Assembly: GCA_028748975.1 (NCBI GenBank)
Contig: JAQTPI010000001.1
Coordinates: 354 to 64,353, forward strand
Length of the DNA: 64,000 nucleotides
From: Patescibacteria group bacterium
Lineage (GTDB): Bacteria > Patescibacteriota > Patescibacteriia > UBA2196
Reading direction: 5' to 3'
Made by a program: the position numbers and the translations under genes. Positions 38,701-46,422 of this stretch are shown one piece after another. The notes under the pieces were generated by a model. It saw nothing but the letters and a program-made list of their open reading frames with translations. It was not told where the DNA came from and did not search any database. The first letter of the stretch is position 1; each line of letters begins with the position of its first letter.

Positions 38701-39023
38701 CGACGGTACGGGCGGTTGAGGTAATAGATTACAAAACAGGCACACCCAAGAGAGAGAAGTTTGTAGAAAAAGATCAGCTCTTAATTTACCAAATGGCGGG
38801 CGAAGAAGTTTTTGGCTGGCCGGTGGAAAAATTAACTTTTTATTATCTTGACAACAATTCCGCGGTTTCTTTTTTAGGTACCGCGGAAGACAAAGAAGAA
38901 CAAAAGGGAGAAATTTTGGAAACAATTGAAAAAATTAATAGTGGTGATTTTTCTGCCACGCCCAATCAATTCAAATGTAAATATTGCGACTTCGTGAGCA
39001 TTTGTAAATTTAGAGAAATATAA
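35733..39023 (+). CDS. UvrD/PcrA-family helicase fused to C-terminal PD-(D/E)XK nuclease, with many repeat inserts
   Basis: AGAGTGKT, VDEFQD, VGDDDQSIY, TVHSAKGLEF, EERRLFYVAMTRA, GRIDR..IDYKTG, terminal CxxC..C. Confidence 0.93.
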   Translation: MNEKLNPQQKIAVEQTEGPLLIVAGAGTGKTTVITEKIAYLIMEKKIKADEVLALTFTDKAAGEMEERVDKLLPYGYVDLWVMTFHSFCERILQIHGLDIGLANDFKLLNQTDQWLLARENLDKFNLDYYRPLGNPTKFIHALIKHFSRCKDEEIWPGDYLKYAENLKINLDSMEASGGVALKHESIKTLKQDPLPPTAVVGLPLIKGESLKAPLLYKPASPSQGGDGVGGGNKEIDISEIRRLEEVANAYHVYQNLLLESGSLDFGDLINYTLKLFRERPNILKKYQEQFKYILVDEFQDTNFAQYELVKLLSAGHQNLTVVGDDDQSIYKFRGASVSNILQFKEDFPESKEIFLNQNYRSSQNILDLAYNFIQLNNPERLEVKLRNQKLENRNQELTKKLIANTNEMGIIEHLHFSSETEEVAGVINKIVELYNTESRGKENTQDLKDGDSRFPISDFRLPSSWNDFAILIRANNQAEVFINALRGAGIPYNFVASKGLYSKEIILDIFAYLKLLDNYHESLALWRVLNMPMVGIKIEDLMEITNFAKRKAISLFETCAQINLFNNIQPETKRKVEKILKLISLHTKLAKEKSIKAVILKFLEDFNYSQFLLAKNDELSFAFVNQLIKKIDDFQKSFADKSLKNFMRLIELEVESGEAGSLSKELEEGPEAVKIMTVHSAKGLEFKYVFIVNLVDKRFPSLERSETIEIPDALVKEIIPSGDIHLQEERRLFYVAMTRAKTGLFFTSAENYGGARKKKLSQFLYETGLSLKHENIKTLKQEVDNKLTINNQQLAINKEQKPLLLITHYSLPVTFSFSALKAYETCPYQYHLGYVVKIPTPGRPNFSFGKTMHTTLQRFFSLAKERDSIKQSDLFGKQKLEVGSRELGVNLPPLEELLKLYKESWIDDWYDDQKQKEEYRARGEQSLKNLYEQLKENGAPQVFALERDFNLKIGGYTIKGRIDRVDLIKRPDSQNSQEISNNSQNQTSPTVRAVEVIDYKTGTPKREKFVEKDQLLIYQMAGEEVFGWPVEKLTFYYLDNNSAVSFLGTAEDKEEQKGEILETIEKINSGDFSATPNQFKCKYCDFVSICKFREI

Positions 39024-39030
39024 CAAAAGC

Positions 39031-39206
39031 TCCAATAACCAAGAAACAATTTCCAAATAAGTTCCAAATACCAAATTCCAAAAAATTATATTTTGAATTT
39101 TGGTTATTGAAATTTGTGGTTGTCCTTAGGACAACCATCCCGCAATTCTGCGGGATGCCAGCGAAGCTGGCATTTATTTGGAAATTGGAACTTGTATCTT
39201 GGAAAT
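39031..39206. repeat. 181-bp MITE-like repeat, copy 2
   Basis: Near-identical to 22926-23106. Confidence 0.92.
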
Positions 39207-39214
39207 TTATTTTT

Positions 39215-39511
39215 ATGTCATTCAGTGCAATTTCCTCCATCCTCAACAACACCGTGAAACAGCAAAAGGGTCTCTCTGCCCAAGTGACCGCTGCTTTGGC
39301 CTGCGAGGAATTTGATAAAATCGTGCGCCAGAAGTGGGGAGAAAAGGGCGCCAATAAAGTCAAAGCCCTGTATTTGAAAGATGGGGTTTTAACCATCGCT
39401 TCGCTTTCCTCGGTCATGGCGCAGGAAATAAAATTGAATGAAAGAGAAATTTTAGCGGAACTAAAAACAAAATTTGGCGGAGCAGTGGAGAGGATAAGGT
39501 ACGTGATCTAG
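39215..39511 (+). CDS. DciA/DUF721 family protein
   Basis: LKDGVLTIA..SS..AQEIKL....IL pattern. Confidence 0.7.
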   Translation: MSFSAISSILNNTVKQQKGLSAQVTAALACEEFDKIVRQKWGEKGANKVKALYLKDGVLTIASLSSVMAQEIKLNEREILAELKTKFGGAVERIRYVI

Positions 39512-39587
39512 GTTTATAATGGGGTGTCATCCTGACCCCGCAAATGCGGGGGAAGGATCTCGTGGAGATATAAAAACATAAAAATAT

Positions 39588-39629
39588 TTTGTTCAACGTA
39601 TACGACGATCGTCGTATTTATTGAACAAA
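39588..39629. repeat. Imperfect 42-bp CGATCG-centred palindrome
   Basis: TTTGTTCAACGTATACGACGATCGTCGTATTTATTGAACAAA. Confidence 0.85.
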
Positions 39630-39725
39630 TAAAATTATAGTTTTTGGATTTTTGAAGAATAAAAAATCCCCGACGGAAGTGTCCGCTGGGGATTTTTGTT
39701 TTTTTCAACAATTAAATTGAAAAAC

Positions 39726-40145
39726 TTATCTTATTAGGCAGCGTTTTTTCAGGCCGTCAACATAGGCCTTGGCCAGTGTTGGATTGGTCATTTCGCTCAA
39801 AAGCTTTTCAAAAAATTTTATTTTTGGTTCCGGTTCGGTTTCGATAATCCTTAATAATCCTTGTGCTATAGTTTTGCAAGATTCCGTTAATGGGATACTG
39901 TCAGTCGCCACGTGTATTATGTTGCCCGTTTTTTTCTCCGCACCCAAAAAGACAAAATGAGGTGCCACCAAGTCATAGTTTTTTTTAACAAAAACAACCA
40001 TAGAATCTTCTTCCGCCGGATTGAGAGCCAATAGACTACCGTTAAATTCAAACGTTATAGCTGTGTCTTTGGGTTGGTTTTGCGGGTAAGAATGGGGGAC
40101 CAGCAAGGTAAAAATCACACCAATCAGACAAAACACACGCTTCAT
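39726..40145 (-). CDS. Secreted ORFan with own promoter and terminator
   Basis: Signal peptide; AGGAGG SD; TTGACA-17-TAAGAT at 40239-40211; hairpin 39661-39706. Confidence 0.65.
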   Translation of the reverse strand: MKRVFCLIGVIFTLLVPHSYPQNQPKDTAITFEFNGSLLALNPAEEDSMVVFVKKNYDLVAPHFVFLGAEKKTGNIIHVATDSIPLTESCKTIAQGLLRIIETEPEPKIKFFEKLLSEMTNPTLAKAYVDGLKKRCLIR

Positions 40146-40281
40146 TTTTTTGCCTCCTACTTTAAGTTGTAAATCGGGATTGAAAAAACACTAAAATTGT
40201 GTCCTTTTACATCTTACACTATCTTTTGGTTTGTGTCAAATCTTAATTTGCGGCCTTTGGCTGGAATTGCTATAATTAAAG

Positions 40282-40686
40282 GTGGAAAAAGCTATATTTA
40301 TGACCCTTGGCAAATACCTGTTTTTAATGACCATTGCCACCGTTCTTTGCTTGGGGGCGCTTGCCCTTGTGGTGTTTTTTGTTGACCCGGAAACCTCCGG
40401 CACTCTCGGCGTTTTCATTTTTTTTGCCGCCGCCTTTTTTGCCGCCGCCGGCCTGGCTTCCCTTATCGGATTTTTTCTGCGCTATTTTTTTCAAAAGCAC
40501 GAATTTGCTTTTATTCAGGTCAAAGATTCTTTTCGCCAGGCGCTTTGGCTGGCCATTCTGATTGTGGTGGCCCTTTTTCTTTCCAGCCAGGGGCTGGCGC
40601 GCTGGTGGAACCTTCTGATTTTGGTTTTGATTTTGGCGGCGCTGGAAATGTTTTGGGTGTCCATGAATAAAAATAATAATAATTAA
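40282..40686 (+). CDS. Four-TM hypothetical membrane protein
   Basis: Hydrophobic pattern, SFRQ motif; start GTG 40282 or ATG 40300. Confidence 0.75.
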   Translation: MEKAIFMTLGKYLFLMTIATVLCLGALALVVFFVDPETSGTLGVFIFFAAAFFAAAGLASLIGFFLRYFFQKHEFAFIQVKDSFRQALWLAILIVVALFLSSQGLARWWNLLILVLILAALEMFWVSMNKNNNN

Positions 40687-40695
40687 AATAATTTT

Positions 40696-41055
40696 ATGAA
40701 AACAACAATAGAATTAAAATCAATGGAAAAAGAATTCATGCCGCTGGAAATAAAGATTCAAAAAGTTGATGATAGTGTTTGTATTTTTTTTGATTCGCTA
40801 GAAGACGAATTAGCCCAGGCCTATAACACGGCAATAGAAAAAGTGCTGGAAAAAAAATTGAGCGGACAAAGCCCTCTGATTACCGTGGAACACGACAATA
40901 ATCTGGGTGCTAATAAATACGGCCGGCATGCTTGGAGAATAAACGGTTTGGATGTTGGAATTTTATTGCAGGACAAAAATCTTTTGAAAAACATAAAAGA
41001 AACAGCGGCGAAAGAATACGCGGGGAATAAAATATTCTTACAGACTGCCGCGTAG
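40696..41055 (+). CDS. Hypothetical protein
   Basis: 119-aa ORF in operon spacing. Confidence 0.55.
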   Translation: MKTTIELKSMEKEFMPLEIKIQKVDDSVCIFFDSLEDELAQAYNTAIEKVLEKKLSGQSPLITVEHDNNLGANKYGRHAWRINGLDVGILLQDKNLLKNIKETAAKEYAGNKIFLQTAA

Positions 41056-41231
41056 TTTCCGCGCCTACCTGCCTCGCCGGCCCGCTTCGACGCGAGGCGA
41101 GTAGGCGGGTCGGCGAAACAAACAACCACCCCCAGCCGATTACTATCGGCTGACCCCTCCTTCGAAAGGAGGGGATAGCGACGCAGTGTCCCCCTTGTTA
41201 CTTTATTACTTTGTTATTTTATTACTAACCT

Positions 41232-42296
41232 ATGCAAAAAAAACTTGACCAACTCAAAGGCGAATTTTTGGAAAAGTTGAATTTAACTAAAACCGAAAGA
41301 GATTTGGAAAAAATCTATATGGACTATTTTGGCCGCAAAGGAAAATTGACGGAAGTTTTTAAGGATGTTAAAAATGTGGCCGTGGAAGAAAAGCCAATTA
41401 TCGGGAAAATTATTAATGATATCAAAATTGAAGCAGAGAAAGTTTATAGTGAAATGAAAGAGACACTAACTAACAATAAACAACAAACAATAAACAATAA
41501 ACAACTTTTTGATCCAACGGTGCCGGGAACACTGCGTGAAGTTGGTTCTTTGCATCCGACCACGATTATTAAAAATGAATTGAATGACGCGTTTCGCCAG
41601 ATGGGTTTTGAAATTTATGATCCGGCAGAAGAAATTACGAGTGAGGGTTATGCTTTTGACAGCATGAATTTTCCACCTGACCATCCGGCGCGCGAATCAA
41701 TGGATACGTTTTGGATAAAACAACAAACAACAAACAACAAACAACAAACAACCAACGGATTTGAGAGATTATGCTTAAGACCACACTTAACGGGAGCAAG
41801 CGTGCGTTTTATGCAAACGCACCAGCCGCCGTTTCGGTTTGTTTATCCGGGCCGGGTTTTCCGAAGTGAAGCCACGGACGCCGGACATGAAGCGACTTTT
41901 TATCAATATGAAGCTTTAATTGTGGATGATAAAATCTCTTTTTCCGCCGGAAAAATTTTAGTCAAAGCGATTTTGGAGAGGGTTTTTGGTAAGGAAATTA
42001 AAATCCGCATGCGCGCGGGATTTTTTCCTTTTGTGGAACCGGGTTTTGAAATTGATATGGAATGCCAGGTTTGTGGAGGGAAAGGATGCTCGGTTTGCAA
42101 ACACAAGGGCTGGGTGGAAATTATGCCGGGCGGCGCACCGCATCCGAATGTTTTGAAAGCGGGAGGATTAGATCCGAAAAAATGGCAGGGGTTTTATATC
42201 AATGTCGGTTTGGACCGACTCGCGATGATGAAATTTGGCATTGACGACATTCGTCTGATGCATTCCGGCGATTTGAGATTTTTGAAACAGTTTTAA
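41232..42296 (+). CDS. pheS: Phenylalanine-tRNA ligase alpha subunit with heptamer inserts
   Basis: HPAR...DTF, PGRVFR, FPFVEP, CxxC.G.GC..CK, G.DRLAMMK.GIDDIR. Confidence 0.97.
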   Translation: MQKKLDQLKGEFLEKLNLTKTERDLEKIYMDYFGRKGKLTEVFKDVKNVAVEEKPIIGKIINDIKIEAEKVYSEMKETLTNNKQQTINNKQLFDPTVPGTLREVGSLHPTTIIKNELNDAFRQMGFEIYDPAEEITSEGYAFDSMNFPPDHPARESMDTFWIKQQTTNNKQQTTNGFERLCLRPHLTGASVRFMQTHQPPFRFVYPGRVFRSEATDAGHEATFYQYEALIVDDKISFSAGKILVKAILERVFGKEIKIRMRAGFFPFVEPGFEIDMECQVCGGKGCSVCKHKGWVEIMPGGAPHPNVLKAGGLDPKKWQGFYINVGLDRLAMMKFGIDDIRLMHSGDLRFLKQF

Positions 42297-42299
42297 AAT

Positions 42300-42824
42300 A
42301 TGGAAAATAAAGTTAACAATTTTGCCTACATTGACGGCGCGAATTTGCACAAGGGTGTTAAAGAGCTCGGTTGGAGTTTGGATTACCGCCGTTTTCGGAT
42401 TTGGCTTAAAGAAAAATATCAAATTGAAAGGGCGTACATTTTTATCGGTTTGATTCCGAGCAATAAAAATTTATACACTTTTTTGCAGGAAGCCGGTTTT
42501 ACTTTAATTTTTAAAGAAACAAGCTATGATGGTATAGGAAAAGTAAAAGGAAATTGCGACGCTGATTTGGTTTTGAAAGCAGTCGTGGATTATTATGAAA
42601 AGCAATTTAACAAAGCAGTGATTGTCGCGAGCGACGGCGATTATGCCGGACTGGTGAATTTTTTCAAAGAGAAAGGCGTTTTAATCTCGCTTATTTCTCC
42701 CAGCGATAAATGCTCTTTTTTAATAAGAAAGCTTAATATTTCTTTGCTTTATTTAAGCACGCAATTTAACAAATTAAGATATATCATAAATAAAAAAGCC
42801 CCCGATGGAGACGAAACTCCATAA
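42300..42824 (+). CDS. NYN domain (PIN-like) ribonuclease
   Basis: YIDGANL, KGNCDADLV, SDGDY. Confidence 0.9.
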   Translation: MENKVNNFAYIDGANLHKGVKELGWSLDYRRFRIWLKEKYQIERAYIFIGLIPSNKNLYTFLQEAGFTLIFKETSYDGIGKVKGNCDADLVLKAVVDYYEKQFNKAVIVASDGDYAGLVNFFKEKGVLISLISPSDKCSFLIRKLNISLLYLSTQFNKLRYIINKKAPDGDETP

Positions 42825-42850
42825 GGGTCTTTTTCATGGTGATCAACTCT

Positions 42851-42880
42851 ATTGTAGCATAGTCCATAAAATCTTGTCAA
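42851..42880 (-). promoter_or_regulatory. Antisense promoter facing the NYN gene 3' end
   Basis: TTGACA-18-TACAAT with extended -10 TG on minus strand; hairpin plus T-run about 50 nt downstream. Confidence 0.55.
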
Positions 42881-43011
42881 ATTGAGTTATCCACATGCCC
42901 GTTTGTCATTCCGACCGGCCTCTATGGCCGTTAGGAGTGGAGGAATCCCTTCGCGGAAAAAAATTAAAAAATAATTTGTCATTCCCGCGCAGGCGTGAAT
43001 CAAGAAAAATT

Positions 43012-43266
43012 ATGAGGAAAATTATTACGCCAATATTTTTGATCCTTTTGATTTTTACTTTGACCAGCTGTTCAAGTAATGTTTTTAACAAACTTTTCAG
43101 CTCCGAGCCAAAAGATCTTAAAACATGCGAAGAGATTAATAATTCTAAACAAAGAGATAATTGTTATAGTCAAGTCGCCAGTCAATTAAAAGACCGTTCT
43201 ATTTGTAAAAAAATTAAAGATGACCACATTAAAACCGTTTGTTTTGAAAATTTTAATTTATTCTAA
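43012..43266 (+). CDS. Small Cys-rich lipoprotein
   Basis: Lipobox LTSC; C.EI......D.CY..VA......C..I repeats. Confidence 0.75.
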   Translation: MRKIITPIFLILLIFTLTSCSSNVFNKLFSSEPKDLKTCEEINNSKQRDNCYSQVASQLKDRSICKKIKDDHIKTVCFENFNLF

Positions 43267-43277
43267 TCTTAAAATTT

Positions 43278-44126
43278 ATGGCCAACCAAGCAATCTTGCC
43301 AAATCAACAGTCGCAAATTCAAAAACCAAAAAAGAGACATGGTAAGGGGTTTATCATTACTTTTGTTTTGCTAGTAGTATTAGTATCGGGTTGGGCTGGA
43401 TTAACAAAGGCCGGATATATTCCTAATTATTTTGGTATTGATTTACTATGTTCAAAAAAAGATAATCCATATAATATTCCAAATGATACTCCAACGCCAA
43501 ACGAAGATTGTAAAAAGTGTATAGATGCCGACGGCAACTTTAATGAAAAAACATGTCCGTCATTTTGTATACTTGATTACAAACCAGTTATTTATCTTTA
43601 CCCACCCCAAAAACAACAGGTTAATGTAAAAATCAATTATGCTGGTAATTTTGTCGTTACTTATCCGGAATATAATAATGGCTGGAATGTTACAGCCTAT
43701 CCCGATGGGAAAATTATAAGTTTAGCTGATAATAAGGAATATAGTTATCTTTTTTGGGAAGGTAATCCTAATAATGTGAATTATGATTTATCTTCTGGTT
43801 TTGTTGTGGAGGGAAAAAATACAATTGATTTTTTACAAGCCAAACTTAAAGATTTGGGACTTACAGCAAAAGAATACAATGAATTTATTGTTTATTGGTA
43901 TCCGCAAATGATGAATAATAAATATAATTTGATTCATTTTGCCACCAAAGAAGAATATAATGATCGAGCGATTTTAAATATCACACCGAAACCCGATTCC
44001 ATGCTCAGGGTGTTTATGGTCTTTAAAAAATTGGATGAAAAAATTGAAACTAATCCGCAAGAAATCATGTCTTTTGAAAGAAAGGGATTTACGGTGGTGG
44101 AGTGGGGTGGAACAGAAATTAAATAA
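43278..44126 (+). CDS. Membrane-anchored conserved hypothetical protein
   Basis: KPVIYLYP..YLFWEG..EF..YW.P..VVEWGG motifs. Confidence 0.75.
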   Translation: MANQAILPNQQSQIQKPKKRHGKGFIITFVLLVVLVSGWAGLTKAGYIPNYFGIDLLCSKKDNPYNIPNDTPTPNEDCKKCIDADGNFNEKTCPSFCILDYKPVIYLYPPQKQQVNVKINYAGNFVVTYPEYNNGWNVTAYPDGKIISLADNKEYSYLFWEGNPNNVNYDLSSGFVVEGKNTIDFLQAKLKDLGLTAKEYNEFIVYWYPQMMNNKYNLIHFATKEEYNDRAILNITPKPDSMLRVFMVFKKLDEKIETNPQEIMSFERKGFTVVEWGGTEIK

Positions 44127-44179
44127 ATTAAAAATTAAATTTCTGGATTCCCGCTTTCGTGGGAATGACACGACTATCG

Positions 44180-44223
44180 ACGACCTCGCCCCGACCCTCT
44201 CCTTGTAAAGGAGAGGGGGACGA
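44180..44223. repeat. CCCTCTCCTTGTAAAGGAGAGGG element followed by octamer array
   Basis: Near-identical copy at 49478-49520; both followed by (TTATTACT)n-like arrays. Confidence 0.85.
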
Positions 44224-44279
44224 ACCTTTTCCCTTATTACTTTATTGCTTTATTACTCTATTACTTTATTACCGAGCTT

Positions 44280-45353
44280 ATGTCCATCGCAAAAATTTTC
44301 ATTCTAACATTTCTCGCCTTTGTGGGCGCGTTTTGGTGGGCGCCGATTTTGGCGCGGAAACTAACGAAGTGGCAGTTGTGGAAAGAACCGCGCAAATACA
44401 CTTCCGACGGACATTTGATTGTCACTTTGAAACAAATTGAAAAAGACCACATCGTCAAAACTCCGCGCGGCGGAGGACTGATTATCTGGGTGACCATCGC
44501 GGTTTTGGCGCTGGTAATCTTTTTAATTAATAAAATTTTTAATGGCGCTTTGGACAGTTTAAGCTTTCTGTCCCGCAACGAAACCTGGCTGCCGATTTTT
44601 ACTTTGGTCGTGGCCGGCTTAATCGGTTTAATTGATGACATTTTAACAGCCAAAGGCACAGGCAAATATTTTGCCGGCGGCATGGGCCTGACGCGCCGGA
44701 TTATCATTGTGGCGGGCATCGCTCTCGTCGGCGCGCTCTGGTTCCATTTCAAACTTGGCTGGGACACAATTCATGTGCCGTTTTTTGGCGATTTCTATAT
44801 TAATGGTTTTTACATTCCTCTTTTCATCATTTCCATGGTCGCGGTTTTTTCTTCCGGCGTGATTGACGGCATTGACGGGCTTTCGGGCGGAGTTTTCGCG
44901 GCGCTTTTCATGACTTTTGGCGTGATTGCTTTCATGCGCGGACAAGTTAATTTAGCTGCTTTTTGCGCCATGGTAGCCGGGACTTTGGCCGTGTTTCTGT
45001 GGTTCAACGCTCCGCCGGCCAGATTCTATGTCGGGGAAACAGGCATCATCGCTTTGACCACGACTTTGACCGTGATTGCTTTTTTAACCAACACCGTTTT
45101 GCTTTTGCCCTTGGCCGGAATTGTGCTCGTGGCCACGACTGGTTCGGATATTATTCAATTACTTTATCGCCAGCATGGAATTAAAAAGGGCTGGTCGCTT
45201 GAAAAAAGAAAATTTTTCAAAGCCGCACCCCTGCATCATCATTTTCAACTGAAAGGCATGAAAAGCGAAACGGTGGTGATGCGCTATTGGATTGTCACCG
45301 GCATTGCCTGCATCGCCTCGCTGATGATTTATTTGTTGGATAAAGGACTATAA
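44280..45353 (+). CDS. mraY: Phospho-N-acetylmuramoyl-pentapeptide transferase
   Basis: KTPRGGG, IGLIDD, DGIDGL, LWFN.PPA, APLHHHF. Confidence 0.92.
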   Translation: MSIAKIFILTFLAFVGAFWWAPILARKLTKWQLWKEPRKYTSDGHLIVTLKQIEKDHIVKTPRGGGLIIWVTIAVLALVIFLINKIFNGALDSLSFLSRNETWLPIFTLVVAGLIGLIDDILTAKGTGKYFAGGMGLTRRIIIVAGIALVGALWFHFKLGWDTIHVPFFGDFYINGFYIPLFIISMVAVFSSGVIDGIDGLSGGVFAALFMTFGVIAFMRGQVNLAAFCAMVAGTLAVFLWFNAPPARFYVGETGIIALTTTLTVIAFLTNTVLLLPLAGIVLVATTGSDIIQLLYRQHGIKKGWSLEKRKFFKAAPLHHHFQLKGMKSETVVMRYWIVTGIACIASLMIYLLDKGL

Positions 45354-45477
45354 TTCACGAATGCCTCGCGAATGCTCTCACTAATTTTCACAAATAAACT
45401 AACCTGTCATCCCGGGCTTGACCCGGGATCCAGAAAACAACTCCTAGATTCCGGCTCACGGGCCGGAATGACACAAA

Positions 45478-46302
45478 ATGAATATAATAAAAAAAATAAA
45501 ATACTTCGGCGGGAGCATCTATCGCGGACTGATTGGCATCTGGCAAAATGCTTTTGACAAAGCGCCGGAAATTAAGACGACGGTGGAGTGGTTTGTTTTG
45601 GGCAACTCGCGCGAAGGACGAAACATCCGTTGTTACAAAATTGGCACTGGCCCGAAAAAAATTCTTTTTGTCGCCGGCATCCATGGCAATGAAGTGGGTA
45701 CTATAAAATTAGCGCATAATCTAATAAATTGGTTATATAATCATCAAGAAAAATTTTTCAATCTTTCAATTTATATTATTTCTTGCTTAAATCCCGATGG
45801 CTTTGAAATTGCCAAGCAATTTCCCGACTATTTCAGGCGCGGACGCTTTGGCCGCTTTAATCTCAATAATGTGGATTTGGACCGCAATTTTCCTTCTAAA
45901 AATTGGCAGCCGCAATCAATTTGGCCGCGCGGCCGCGACTATGGCGACGAAGCCATCGAAGTTCTTTGCGGCGACTCGCCAGGTTCCGAGCCGGAAGTTC
46001 AAGGATTTGTTTCTTTTGCCGGCATTGAAAGAATTAAAAATATTATTTCTTTTCACAACATGGCGGGCGATGTGATCATTAATTTGGAAAATCCGATAGC
46101 GGTGAAATGGGCAAATATTTATAACAAAAAAGCAAAATTCCGCATCGTCAAGAGCCCGAGGCTGTCCGGCAACATGTCGGAGTGGTGTTTGGAAAATAAT
46201 ATCAATTACATGACCGTGGAAGGAACCACGCGGTGGGGAAGCGACTGGCGAAAGCAGAGGGTGGCGATTCAGGAAGTATTAAATAATTTACAAAATAGTT
46301 AA
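45478..46302 (+). CDS. M14 zinc carboxypeptidase (MpaA-like)
   Basis: GIHGNE, NPDG, R.N..VDLDRNF, SEPE, ISFH. Confidence 0.85.
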   Translation: MNIIKKIKYFGGSIYRGLIGIWQNAFDKAPEIKTTVEWFVLGNSREGRNIRCYKIGTGPKKILFVAGIHGNEVGTIKLAHNLINWLYNHQEKFFNLSIYIISCLNPDGFEIAKQFPDYFRRGRFGRFNLNNVDLDRNFPSKNWQPQSIWPRGRDYGDEAIEVLCGDSPGSEPEVQGFVSFAGIERIKNIISFHNMAGDVIINLENPIAVKWANIYNKKAKFRIVKSPRLSGNMSEWCLENNINYMTVEGTTRWGSDWRKQRVAIQEVLNNLQNS

Positions 46303-46314
46303 AATAACAAAAAG

Positions 46315-46411
46315 TGTCATTCTGAACGAAAGCCGATAGTAATCGGCTGAAGTGAAGAATCCCTTAAACAAACAATGACGAAGGGATCCTTCGCTAACGC
46401 TCAGGATGACA
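46315..46411. repeat. TGTCAT..ATGACA element with GCCGATAGTAATCGGC module
   Basis: Terminal motifs and stems visible. Confidence 0.8.
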
Positions 46412-46422
46412 GTCACTCAAAT

